Under the pieces are notes generated by a model that did not search any database, was not told the origin of the DNA, and saw only the letters and a list, made by a program, of their open reading frames with translations. Positions 25,383-37,800 of a DNA stretch of 64,000 nt are shown here, piece after piece. This stretch comes from Tubulanus polymorphus (lineage: Eukaryota; Animalia; Nemertea): contig NC_134033.1 of assembly GCF_964204645.1 (NCBI RefSeq), positions 2,004,131-2,068,130 on the forward strand, written 5' to 3'. A program made the position numbers and the translations under genes. The number at the start of each line of letters is the position of its first letter. Within the stretch, counting starts at the first letter, position 1.

Positions 25383-25861
25383 ATTAGATTCATGAGTCAT
25401 AGCGAGGCGGAACGCGATAGGTTTGGGATTCCGCCTTATGCAGGGAATCCCTCTTGCTAGACCTGCCTAATGAACTACCAAATCATTTGCCGAAACGTTG
25501 TTCTGTCAAACACAAACATTGTACGGTATTATCGCATGATTTAGAAGGTATTTATTTATTCAGGTTTAAAATTGCTTACATCTTCAAATAAAAAGTATCT
25601 TTTTATTAGAAAAGCTGAATTAAAAGATAAAATCTATGCGGTTTGGCGTCTTTTCGGCTAGTCACATTCTGGTTCATAGGTTTCGCCCGTTTTGTAGGGT
25701 GAACTCGACGCGGACCGGAATCCCGAATCGTGCCTCTAACTGTGACGTCATAATCTAATTAGGTAACTGGGTCATCCCTCACACACACACTCGCTCGTAG
25801 TTACGCAAGTCGGACATATACAACCAGTTAATCGCCGTTTGCGCCCGAATTATCATCGAAA
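25383..25861. promoter_or_regulatory. Bidirectional promoter region MED11 / ACADVL
   Basis: Divergent ATGs 480 bp apart; perfect CRE TGACGTCA at 25743-25750; AP-1-like TGAGTCA at 25393-25399. Confidence 0.75.
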
Positions 25862-28800
25862 ATGTTCCGAATCTCGACTTTGAAACACGTCTGGAATAAA
25901 GCGGCGCCGATTAGAACCGCTCAGAGGTAAAATAAACCCGAATATCTCGTCCGTGAGCGACTTGAAGCGATAGATTTTGTAGTCTGTGCCCAAATCGTTC
26001 GAAGCATACTTACGTAATACGAAAATCTACTCCGAAATGTTGACTAATTTTAAATCGTCAAACATCTTTCATTAACATCAGTTAACCGGTCTCCAGGTAG
26101 AATCGAAGACAAAATAGGGTGTGATTAATTAGGACGTACCTATTATACCAATTAATTACACTAATTAGTAGTAGGCCTAATTGGACTGGTAATTATGATT
26201 AGGTCAGAATAGAAATAGAGAAGTAATTATGTCAGGGTTTGTTTTGAAGGTTTTATGCCGTGGCAGCTGCAACAACGCCTCAACCACAGAAACAAACAGA
26301 ATCTAGGAAACCCAATGCTCCTAAGGTAAAAATAAAAGCTCAAATTGAAAATCCAATATGTTAGATTTTTTCTATTATGTAAAACACCATCTGCTTATTC
26401 ATATCGATACAATGTTGCTGTGTGTTGATTTTCCAGGAGTCGAAATCATTCGCGCTGAATCTGTTCCGCGGACAAGTGAAAACGGATCAGATCTTTCCAT
26501 TCCCGGAAGGTAGGCATCGTAACAGCGGTAGCATCAGACCTGTTCCGTCAGTTCTCTGTGGAAAGCCAGATCAGGCCATGACTTAAGACCAACTTAGTTT
26601 TGTGCCCAATCTAACAATTTAATCACACGTTTATATTATTGAAATATAACAATAATTCCTCATTGGTCTTGATCTTGATCCAATTTCACAGGGGTTGTAT
26701 AGGGTCAAATATTGAAGATAAACTTATCTTCGATATTAGAATAACCTGTTCCGACTGTTCTCTGTGGAGATCTGATTTTAAGCAGTGGAAATCAATGAAT
26801 TGTTTAAGTCAAACTTAACCTCTGCCAGGAGGATAAGCCAGATCAGGTCATGATTTAACACCAAGTTAGTTTTGTGCCCAATCTAACAATTTATGTCCAG
26901 ATTAGAAATATATTAACAATAAGACCTCTTTGGACTTGCGAGTCAAGTGGGATCTTAGATTCGATTTCATAGAGGTTGGTTTTTACCATCCGAGTTCAGG
27001 GCGTCAAATATATTGAAGATGACATTATCTTAACTCTAATTAGCCTCATATATCCTATCATATCAGGTTTAGGAACTGACGGGCCAGCTCAATACCGGGT
27101 AGGCCTTTCTCCTGATCGAAGCGCTCTTCAAAAATTTGCTAACCTTCAAACTAAACATTGCAGTTAGGCCGAAAAAAATTGATACCTTGTTTCTCCGCTC
27201 TGCTGAGCTTAAATGTTGACCCGGCCGGCCGCCTATCTACCCTATACATTACTTTTTTTTAAATCGTGATCAATTTCACCATAACAGACATAGAAATGAA
27301 CTGTTTATAAATTTTATCATATTTTACAAAAATGACCCGGTCGCTGCGGAGAAACAAGGTATCATTTTTGTTTAGCCTTAGTGGGTGGATCGAGTATTGG
27401 GGTGGTAAGATCATTATACGCTACTCCAGTCGTGCAACAAATTCGCGATATCTGACATATGATCTGTCGTATATCTGTCAATTCAGCTACTTAGTAAAAA
27501 AAAATAACGGACATAATACTAGTTAGTTTTATGCCAGGAGTGAATTCGCAACGCCTAAAATTTGTCTTTTCATAACTTGTTTTTTTTTTCTCTAATTTTC
27601 AGTGTTGAATTCTGAACAGAAGGACATGCTTCAAATGTTAGTCGACCCAGTGGCGAAATTTTTCGAGGTCAGTCACGATCGTCGGTGTCCGGATTTTCGG
27701 ACTTATCGCTTTATAAAGATTTCTACTTAGTAAAGATGTCCTTGTACTTAAGACTTTGGACTTACACTATCCTGTGATTAAATAACTTAATAAGTCATTA
27801 TTAAATCACGTTCGACGGATAATACTAGAACAAAATGCGCGAGATTCTTAGAATAGATTTTTATCATGCCCGACTAGACCTTAATGGGCCTATATTTTTA
27901 TAGACAATTTGAGTAGGCCTTAGTGCAGTTTTAATTCTCTGAATTAATGAAAAGATAATAAGGTTTGGTGATAACGATAATTAAACATTATGCAAGATCA
28001 AATAGATTTATTATTCAGAAACAACGAATGATTTAAGCGTTTGATTAGTTACTTAAAAAACATCCCATTTAGAATTTTAATTTTGAATATGAAAAAAATT
28101 TTTAATTTTTATTTTTTATTTTTTTATTCAATTTCTATTTCAGGAAGTTAATGATCCGGCTAAGAACGACGCGGCTGCAGAAATTGAGGCGCACACGTTG
28201 CAGGGTCTGAAAGAGATGGGAGCGTTTGGGCTGCAGGTTCCTCAGGAACTCAGTAAGTTTTCCGTAGCAATTTCTTTCTATAAAGTCTTATTTTAACCGA
28301 TCGCGTGACAATTACTTCCGGGAATGGTTAAAACATTGAAAATAAACCGCTTTTGACTCCTAGTAAACTAGCGAAATTGTTTCCATGTGAACTCAGTAAG
28401 TTTCCGCAGCAATCGCTATCTATGATTAATTAAAGCTAAATTTTAGTTGATTTCTGACTGAAATAAAGTCCCATTTTAGCCAATCGTGTGATAATTTGTT
28501 CCTGGAGTTGTTAAAACATTGAAAAAGAAATGACTTTTTCTCCTATTCAGACTTAATATTGGTTCTCTTAATTTGGTGATCGCAGTTTTAGTTTGAATTA
28601 GGTTGCATCTGATCCATGAAAAAATCCCCGAAAGAAGGATAAAATATTGATTTCGTTTTCATTTATTAGATGGGTTAGGTTTGACTAATACTCAGTACGC
28701 TCGGCTGGTCGAAATAGTCGGGGCCCACGACCTCGGAATCGGGATCGCTCTTGGGGCGCATCAGGTAACACCTACACCTCAAATTTTCCCCGAAATGTGA

Positions 28801-31800
28801 AAAACAAATTTTTTTTAAAACTGAAGAAACTTTTTTATCATGAAAATTCACGTTTTTTTTTTTTTTCTGTTTTGACAGTCGATCGGATTCAAGGGAATTC
28901 TGTTGTTCGGAACGGACGAACAAAAGCGGAAATATTTACCGAAACTAGCGACCGGTGAGCAGTTCGCCGCGTTCGCGTTGACGGAACCGAGCAGCGGCTC
29001 AGACGCTAGCGTAAGTTTTCATGAAATTTTTTAAAGTAAAATATTTCGGTTTCGGCGACCTCCCTGCAACTCCTTGATTCCTTTAAAACTCCTTCTAAAC
29101 TGAAAATGTTTTTGAAGGTTATTAAAACTCCTTCAATAGTACGATAACCGCACTCAAACGTGGTGAACAGATGATTAGATAAAAAGCCCACTATTTACAA
29201 ATTAACGACAATGATCTCTACTGTGAGATCAAAACGTCGTGTTTTTACATTTTAGATTGTTTCAAATAATAAATTCTCGATTTTAGATTTCTTTTAATTT
29301 GTAAATAGTGGGCTTTTTATCTTATCTTTTAAAAAAACTCCTTCAAGTTTGAGAAATAGGCAATAAGAAATTTTTGTCTATTTCGTAGTTGTACAGTAAA
29401 CTACACTTAAATTGGTACAGTTTGGATCTGTTTTTACCCCATTTGGCAGTTACTGAATTAGAAACTGAGTTTAGGTTGTGTTAAGGATAATCATTTGCTT
29501 ACGAAACCAACTGAATTAACAGTTTACTGAGATAAACACACTAGGCCTATAGTTCCGATTCAGGAGAATTCTGCAGACGCTTCCTCAATCTGAAAATTTT
29601 CGACTTGAAAACTCCTTATTTCCAGGAATGACTGATGCGGAGTTCCCTGCAAAATTTATTTCCCCATGTTTTGACAGTATAAGCCCCATTTCTATTTGGA
29701 AAAAAATAATCATTAAATACTTGGGAAAGGCTTGAGAATTTTGAATTCATATGAATATGTGTAGTTTTAAATAAAATATTTTTTAAAGTACAATCTCTCT
29801 GCTTCGTCGAACTGTGGATTATGTTATTCATGAATTTTTGTGGAGGGATTTGAATTCATGAATATAATTAAGAGACACCAGATTTTGAGTCTAGGATATA
29901 TACTATCAGTACTCGAAATAAGCTGCCATGCTTAATAAAGTGTATAAAGGCAATATATTTTTATCAATCTGCTTGGAACAATAAAATGCTGTAATATTGT
30001 CTATGAAAGTGATTTGAAATGGAATTTAAAATGTAGAACATAGTTGACATAACTGTGCCAGGGGTCGTTGCTTTCAATTCTGGTTAACCAATACCGGAAA
30101 GTGGTGGAGATAATTTAGAAATTTTTAAGAATTCCACCTCGGTGCGGCGCATAAAAGGCACGTACCGGTTTAGTGCGTCCTACACCACAGCGCAGTGTAT
30201 CATTCACTACGTTTGACAGGCGCTGCCATCTTTCAATAGAGATAAAAAGTCTAAAAAATTACTAAAATCATTGCGGTGTACTAGTGAAGTCCATCAACGA
30301 TTTGTACGTCGTACTGCGGTGTAGACGCAATGAAACTCCGTATTTAGACCCACTCAACTCGTGGTATCTCTTATCAGGGTTCTTTTACCACGATAAGGGA
30401 AGAAACTTGGACAAGTTCCCACTAAAGATCTGATCAGGGAGTATTTTGTCTGGGAAATGTCTGGGTATTTGCATACCCTGATCCGTGAGAACCCTTGAGA
30501 TTATCTTAAACATGAATCAAGGAATTTTCGGTTAAAGGTAAAAGTATTAGAGAGTTATGGATTCCTAGAAGAACTCTTTGCAGGGTCCGATCTAAGGAAT
30601 GAAAGCCACTTGCCCGGGGGGGGGGGGGGGGCAAGCATTTCTGAAATTTAGCTTGCCCCTTCAAAAGCTACTTGCCCTACACAGGCAGTCCGATTGGTGA
30701 CACTCTCATCCGTTGTATCGGGTTGGAAAAAAGCATTGTGACGTAAAATTGCACTAGCCCAGGGGACAAGGAATAATGATAAACTACCCCGGTACTTGCC
30801 CTGGTGAGAATATACTTATCCCGGGCAATCGGACAAGTGCTTAGATTGGACCCTGCTTTGTGTGACAAATTTGTTTTTTCCTCCATTTCGATAAGACTGA
30901 AGTATTTTCACCGTATTTTTTGTTGTTTTGCAGTCGATCCGTACTAGAGCCGTTCTGTCGGAAGACGGCAAACATTACGTGTTGAACGGCAGTAAAATCT
31001 GGATCAGTAACGGAGGAATCGCTGAAGTATTCACAGTATTCGCTCAGGTAACAAAAAAACACAGAAATTTAAATGGCACCAGGTTCCAGTTTTATGAAAA
31101 AAAGTTCAACTCGAAGTTTGAATTAAGAGTTACTCTTAATCTTTGCTTCTAGCTGCTATTTTTAGTTAGTGGATGTTTTCAATGACTTCGCCGTTTTTGA
31201 AAGCTTAAACTTTTTAACGAATCTGAACCCAGGGTCACCATTAGTAAACCACAATCCGTTTTGTGACAACAAAAGGCTTGATATGGAGAGAATACCACAA
31301 TGACTTAAGTCCAAAAATGTTTCCCAGAGCTGGTAGTGTTCACTATGTTTCGACTTCATTCTAAAAGTCATCTTCAGGAATACCGAACCTTGTGATAAGT
31401 CTTGAATTTTATACGTCGACGTTTTTCAGACACCGATGAAAGATCCGAAAACCGGCGAAACTAAGGACAAAGTAACGGCTTTCATTGTTGAGCGCGGGTT
31501 CGGTGGAGTGACCAGGTAGGTGTAGGAGATTTTTGATGGGAATTTGATCGGGGAGAGGGGGGCTCGTTGTAAGACAACCAGCTGTACCCGGTCACAGGCT
31601 TTAAAACCAAGCCTAAACCAGATGACACGTCAAGTACAATGCAAGGCCAGAAACTAGACTACAAGGGTTGATGATGGGGTAGCATGGATCTCAATGTGAA
31701 AAAACTTAATTTTTATTTTCAGCGGTCCTCCTGAGAATAAGATGGGCATCAAGTGTTCAAACACGGCCGAAGTCTATTTCGAAGATGCAAAAGTTCCCGT

Positions 31801-34800
31801 CGAAAATATCATAGCGGGTAAATTATATTTAAGTCATGTATCGTATTCTGAAGCTGGATGGTGGCCACACTGACCTGGAAAACCTGGATGGAATCATCTA
31901 AACAAGAAAAAAATCGGGGAAAGTTTGTTTAAAAAAAAACCCTCAAAAACTCCCTAGGGGTAAATCGTCAATCTGTGTAACAACCACCGTAGTAACAATG
32001 AGAAACCATGGTTACAACTGACGAATTTCAAAATATTCCCAGGGACTATTTTTCTTCCACATCTATGAAATCGAGCCCAGGAATTTGGATAATGCGATTG
32101 ACCATACATGATTCATTGAAAAATGAACGAATTGAAACATTTTAAACGACAAAATTTCTCTGATTTACTCTGCGGGAAATTTTTGTAATCACATGAAAAA
32201 AATCAGGGAAAAACTCTGGGAATTGTTGAATGGGCAGAAAGTGGCAGCACCTTGTCTGAACGGTTCGTCAATCAGGACCTAGAACTCTGGGACGGAGTCC
32301 TATATTAGCGTGACGCGGCCCCGGGTTCTGTTACATGCCGAGTTTCAATTGTGTTTTTTATGTTGTATCCTAGGTGAAGGTAATGGTTTTAAAGTAGCGA
32401 TGAATATTCTGAATAACGGAAGGTTTGGAATGGCCGGCGCTCTTTCCGGTACGATGAGAACTTGTATTAAAACAGCGGTAAGCTACGATATTCTAAAATC
32501 TCACGAATCCCCCTATGACATCATTAAGGCTGCCATCTTTTCTAGATGATCTTTTCTAGGTGTTTAGTTTAAATTACTAATTGGTAAATAATGATGTCAT
32601 AGGGAGATTTAAAAGGGCAGCCATATTTTCAAGAAATATCCATAGTTTAAAATCGTGTATTGGTTATTTGATGATGTCATAGGGGGAAAAACAAGTTGAA
32701 ATCGCTAGGCAGAATTTGGTGATGTCATAGAAGGATTAAACAGTGGTGATGTCATAGGGGGATATCTTTTCTGGAATTGTCCAGTTTAAATCACGAGGCA
32801 ATATATGATGATGTCATAGGGGGATTAAACAGTGGTGATGTCATAGGGGGATATCTTTTCTGGAAGTGTCCAGTTAAAATCACGAGGCAATGTGATGATG
32901 TCATAGGGGGATTAAACAGCGGTGATGTCATAGGGGGATATCATTTCTGGAAGTGTCTTTAGTTTGAAATCACTAGTAGGCAATTCGATGATGTCATAGG
33001 GGGATTAAACGGCGGTTTATTGTTATATATATACAGGTTGACCACGCCAGTCAGCGAGTTCAATTCGGACAGAAGATCGATTCCTTCGGCACGATTCAGG
33101 AAAAAATCTCGCGCATGGTTCTCAAACACTACGTTACAGAGGTACGTAATGATACACTAGGTGGCGCTACCGATCACCTATTACACCTATTATACACACC
33201 TATTATAAAAAAATTTTTTTTAAACCAAAAACCTGAAAATTCATATGTGTTATCTCTATTATTATTCTATTCTATGTGTATCTCTGTTTTCTTGTTTTTA
33301 AGTTTTGTAAATTATAAATTTTATTGTACAAATTCTTGTAACCTCTATGTACCAATGTTTGGTTAGAGCGAAATAAATAAACCTAAAACCTAAAACCTAC
33401 AATAGTAAATAGTATATTATGTACATAAGTGTGAGACTAGTTAATTAAGTTTTGTAGCTTTTATTACTGTTTATGTAATTATTGTAAACGCTGTTTTTCC
33501 TCCATATACCATGGAAATGGTTATGGGGTGTAATAAATATTCGTATTCGTACCTGTGCATAGATTTTCTAACCTTGATTCTAACCCGATTCACTTAAACT
33601 TCGCCGAAACATTCCCAATTTGAACACATTCGAAACTTTGACATGGTATTAAAAACTCCAAATTTCCATCGCAATTTTTTTATCAGAAACGGTTTGGATA
33701 TATGCGTAGATCCCTCATTCAGCATAGTACATGTATTTGTACGTATTCTAAATAAGTTTGTTAATGTTTTTGAAATGTTTTCTCTTGATTTGCAAATATT
33801 CGAAAAACAAAAAGATTTTTCCTCTGCGTAAATGCAGGAGAGTAATGAAATAATCTCGTCTATGTCGTTATATTCGGTGAAAAAAAAATTTGATATAATT
33901 TTTTTTTTCTAGTCAATGGCGTACATGTTGTCGGGTAACATGGATCTGGGCGCGACCGATTTCCAAATCGAAGCCGCCATTAGTAAAATCTACGCTTCGG
34001 TGAGTAAGAATTTTTAAAGAATTTCGGAAATCTTTGACGAAATTAGTGATTAGGCTATAATACCTGTGGTCGTCTGCTGTTTGGTTTTCTAGGAAGCCGC
34101 TTGGTTCTGCGCCGACGAAGCTATTCAAGTACTCGGTGGAATGGGTTACATGAAGGTAAAAATTGTCGGGTGTTTAAGCGTTAGGTCAGTGCCACCATTG
34201 ACCTAGAAAACCTGGAAATCGCAGGGAATCAGAAAAGCCAAGAATAAATCACAGAATTTGACTGGAAAAATTTTTTTTAAACCAAAAACCTGAAATTTCA
34301 AGTGTTTCTTTATCAATAAGTGATTCGATGAAAAATGCATGAATTGTAAACATTTTAAGCTTAGAAATTTCTCTGATTCACTCAGGGGGAATTGTATAAT
34401 CACATGGAAAAATCAAGGAAAACTCAGCGGATTTGTGAATTGCCAGAAGGTGGCGCCACCCTGTTGATGTTCTTCCAGTCCCTTAAATCTGGTCTTGAAT
34501 TGCATGTATTTCTTTTTTTCTATTTTCAAGGATTGCAGTTTGGAGCGAGTTATGAGGGATTTGAGAATCTTCCGTATTTTCGAGGGAACCAACGACATTT
34601 TACGTCTGTTCACGGCTCTCACCGGGATACAAGTAAGTTTTCCTACATTAACAGAATCATCGATCGTTTGATTAAAAAACCAGTCAGAAGTAAAACTGCT
34701 TGATAGAAACCAGTCACAAATAAAACTGTTTGATAGAAACCAGTCAGAAGTAAAACTGTTTGATAGAAACCAGTCACAAGTAAAACTGCTTGATAAAAAC

Positions 34801-37800
34801 CAGTCACAAGTAAAACTGTTTGATAGAAACCAGTCAGAAGTAAAACTGTTTGATAGAAACCAGTCACAAGTAAAACTGCTTGATAGAAACCAGTCAGAAG
34901 TAAAACTGTTTGATAGAAACCAGTCAGAAGTAAAACTGTTTGATAGAAACCAGTCGCAAGTAAAACTGCTTGATAGAAACCAGTCAGAAGTAAAACTGAT
35001 TGATAGAAACCAGTCAGAAGTAAAACTGATTGATAGAAACCAGTCACAAGTAAAACTGTTTGATAGAAACCAGTCAGAAGTAAAACTGCTTGATAAAAAC
35101 CAGTCAGAAGTAAAACTGCTTGATAAAAACCAGTCACAAGTAAAACTGCTTGATAGAAACCAGTCAGAAGTAAAACTGTTTGATAGAAACCAGTCAGAAG
35201 TAAAACTGCTTGATAGAAACCAGTCAGAAGTAAAACTGCTTGATAGAAACCAGTCAGAAGTAAAACTGTTTGATAGAAACCAGTCGCAAGTAAAACTGCT
35301 TGATAGAAACCAGTCAGAAGTAAAACTGTTTGATAGAAACCAGTCAGAAGTAAAACTGTTTGATAGAAACCAGTCGCAAGTAAAACTGCTTGATAGAAAC
35401 CAGTCAGAAGTAAAACTGATTGATAGAAACCAGTCAGAAGTAAAACTGATTGATAGAAACCAGTCACAAGTAAAACTGTTTGATAGAAACCAGTCAGAAG
35501 TAAAACTGCTTGATAAAAACCAGTCAGAAGTAAAACTGCTTGATAAAAACCAGTCAGAAGTAAAAACTGTTTGATAGAAACCAGTCAGAAGTAAAACTGC
35601 TTGATAGAAACCAGTCAGAAGTAAAACTGCTTGATAGAAACCAGTCAGAAGTAAAACTGCTTGATAGAAACCAGTCAGAAGTAAAACTGTTTGATAGAAA
35701 CCAGTCAGAAGTAAAACTGTTTGATAGAAACCAGTCAGAAGTAAAACTGATTGATTAAAACCAGTCACAAGTAAAACTGCTTGATAGAATCCAGTCAGAA
35801 GTAAAACTGTTTGATAGAAACCAGTCACAAGTAAAACTGCTTGATAGAAACCAGTTACAAGTAAAACTGTTTGATAGAAACCAGTCACAAGTAGTGATTG
35901 ATAGAAACCAGTCAGAAGTAAAACTGCTTGATAGAAACCAGTCAGAAGTAAAACTACATGATAGAAACCAGTCAGATGTAAACCAGATTAAGCATGTGGC
36001 TAATTTGCATACCAGGTGACCAGCTCTGACCAATCATAACCCAGGATAAGAATTATAGCCGTGTGACCTGTTTGTTTACATTAGGGAACCACTTTTGTAT
36101 ATATTAGTGAGGATGAGAATATGGGGATCTTTTCTGTTTCTGTTTTCCTGCATAAACAGAATCTTCTTTGATAAACCATATTTATAACTGATTTATATCG
36201 TGAGCCACAGTTAGAGTCGGGTTTCAATCACCTTCAGAAATTATCTCAATAACTGAGATCCCAATTAAGGGATCGCTATCATGCATAGATCAAATACCAC
36301 TCAATATCTATACAATTTGAAATGTTCTTACTACTATAAATGCAAGGGCGATGGAATCGAAAAGTTTGCAGTTCTAGGCTAATAGCACCCGTAGTTTACA
36401 CGGGATAGTAATTTTGTCCAAAAAAAGCTACAAATCGACAAACACTATAGCGGTGTTGACGCGCTCTAGTGGTATTCCTGTTATTCAACACACTAGGGTG
36501 GAATTTTTCAAAATTTTCAAATTATCTCCAGCACTATAGGCTATTGATCAGTCAGCGCTGAAAGGGTTAAAATGGATACATTGAATTTTTTATGGACTGT
36601 TCATAAAGTCTAGGTTAACCCAGGAGTTTGTCGGTTTTTCCAACTGAAGTGTTGTGGATTTCATGAAAAAAAGCCGCTTAATTTCTGGATCGATGATACA
36701 CAATGAACTGAATGAGACTGTATTGTCTTGTAGAAAGTCGTCTGCTAACAGTCCTGAATGTGTCTGGTCGTAGAGCTCGGTTGACTTAGTATACGACATA
36801 CAGAGATTCATCTTCGTCAAATCTGAATTTTCCAATGCTAGATGTATATAAGTATATAGTTTATATCCATCCGGTGAAAATAGTAAAAATTTCGCGTGGA
36901 GTAGTTTTTGATGAGAGGGTGAGACAAGGGAGTCAGAGACAGAGAGAGAGAGAGGTGTGTGTGTTACTGCATAGAGTCACTGATGAGTCTATGCGCTTCA
37001 ACATGAATTCTACCACAATCACTACGACTATACTTAATGCCTGTCCGGACGTGTATCCACCCGCTAGATGGGATTACGTTTTCAGCTATAGTATTTACTT
37101 GTACGGATATTTTCCGGCTTCAGTTTTCGGAATGATTCTCAACTCCGTTTCTATTGTAGTATTCAGAAAGATCGGTCGCGACATTTATCGAACTATAATC
37201 ATTCTCGCCTGGTTTGATTTACTGTTCGTATTTTCAGTGTTCCTACTTTATCCATTTCGAATACTCATTATCTTATATTTTCAATCCACCGAATTTCTCG
37301 GCAGTTACGACGACTGGTATTTTGGACACGAAATCATTATTTGGGTTCTACCGCTGTTTCATACGTTTCAAATGGCAAAAAATTGGGCCGTAGTCACAAT
37401 AAATTTTGAAAGACTTCTGGTCGTCGCGAGTCCGCTGTATTTCAGACGATTCTGGAACAAAAAACAAATCATTTTTCTATCGGTTTTAAATGCATTTTCT
37501 TCTGCCCTTTGTTTCTGGCCATATTATTTTCCACTGACGTTACCAGGAAGGACCACGCAACGCTGTTTTGAACATTTATTCACTATGGGAGCTTTTGGAG
37601 CGAAAACAATTCGAACACCTTTCACTTATGGCTTTGATTATGGAAACGACTATGTTAACAATATCTATATGACCATGACTGTTCTTGCGCCTTTTATTGT
37701 TCTAACCATGATTAATCTAACTTTGTTCGGAATTATGATATTTCGAAAACTAAATCGAAAGAAACAATTTCACGCGGACGCGGCGGCGCCCGTTGAAAAA

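Noticed and set aside
34413-36033. 491-aa and 274-aa minus ORFs, and CRISPR-like appearance of the 30-bp array
   Set aside because: Pure tandem repeat with no unique spacers, inside a eukaryotic intron; open frames result from a unit length divisible by three.
36835-36990. N-terminal 52 aa of the 416-aa ORF
   Set aside because: Runs through a TATA-like sequence and GA/GT microsatellite; more likely promoter/5'UTR, with the true start at 36991 or 37003.
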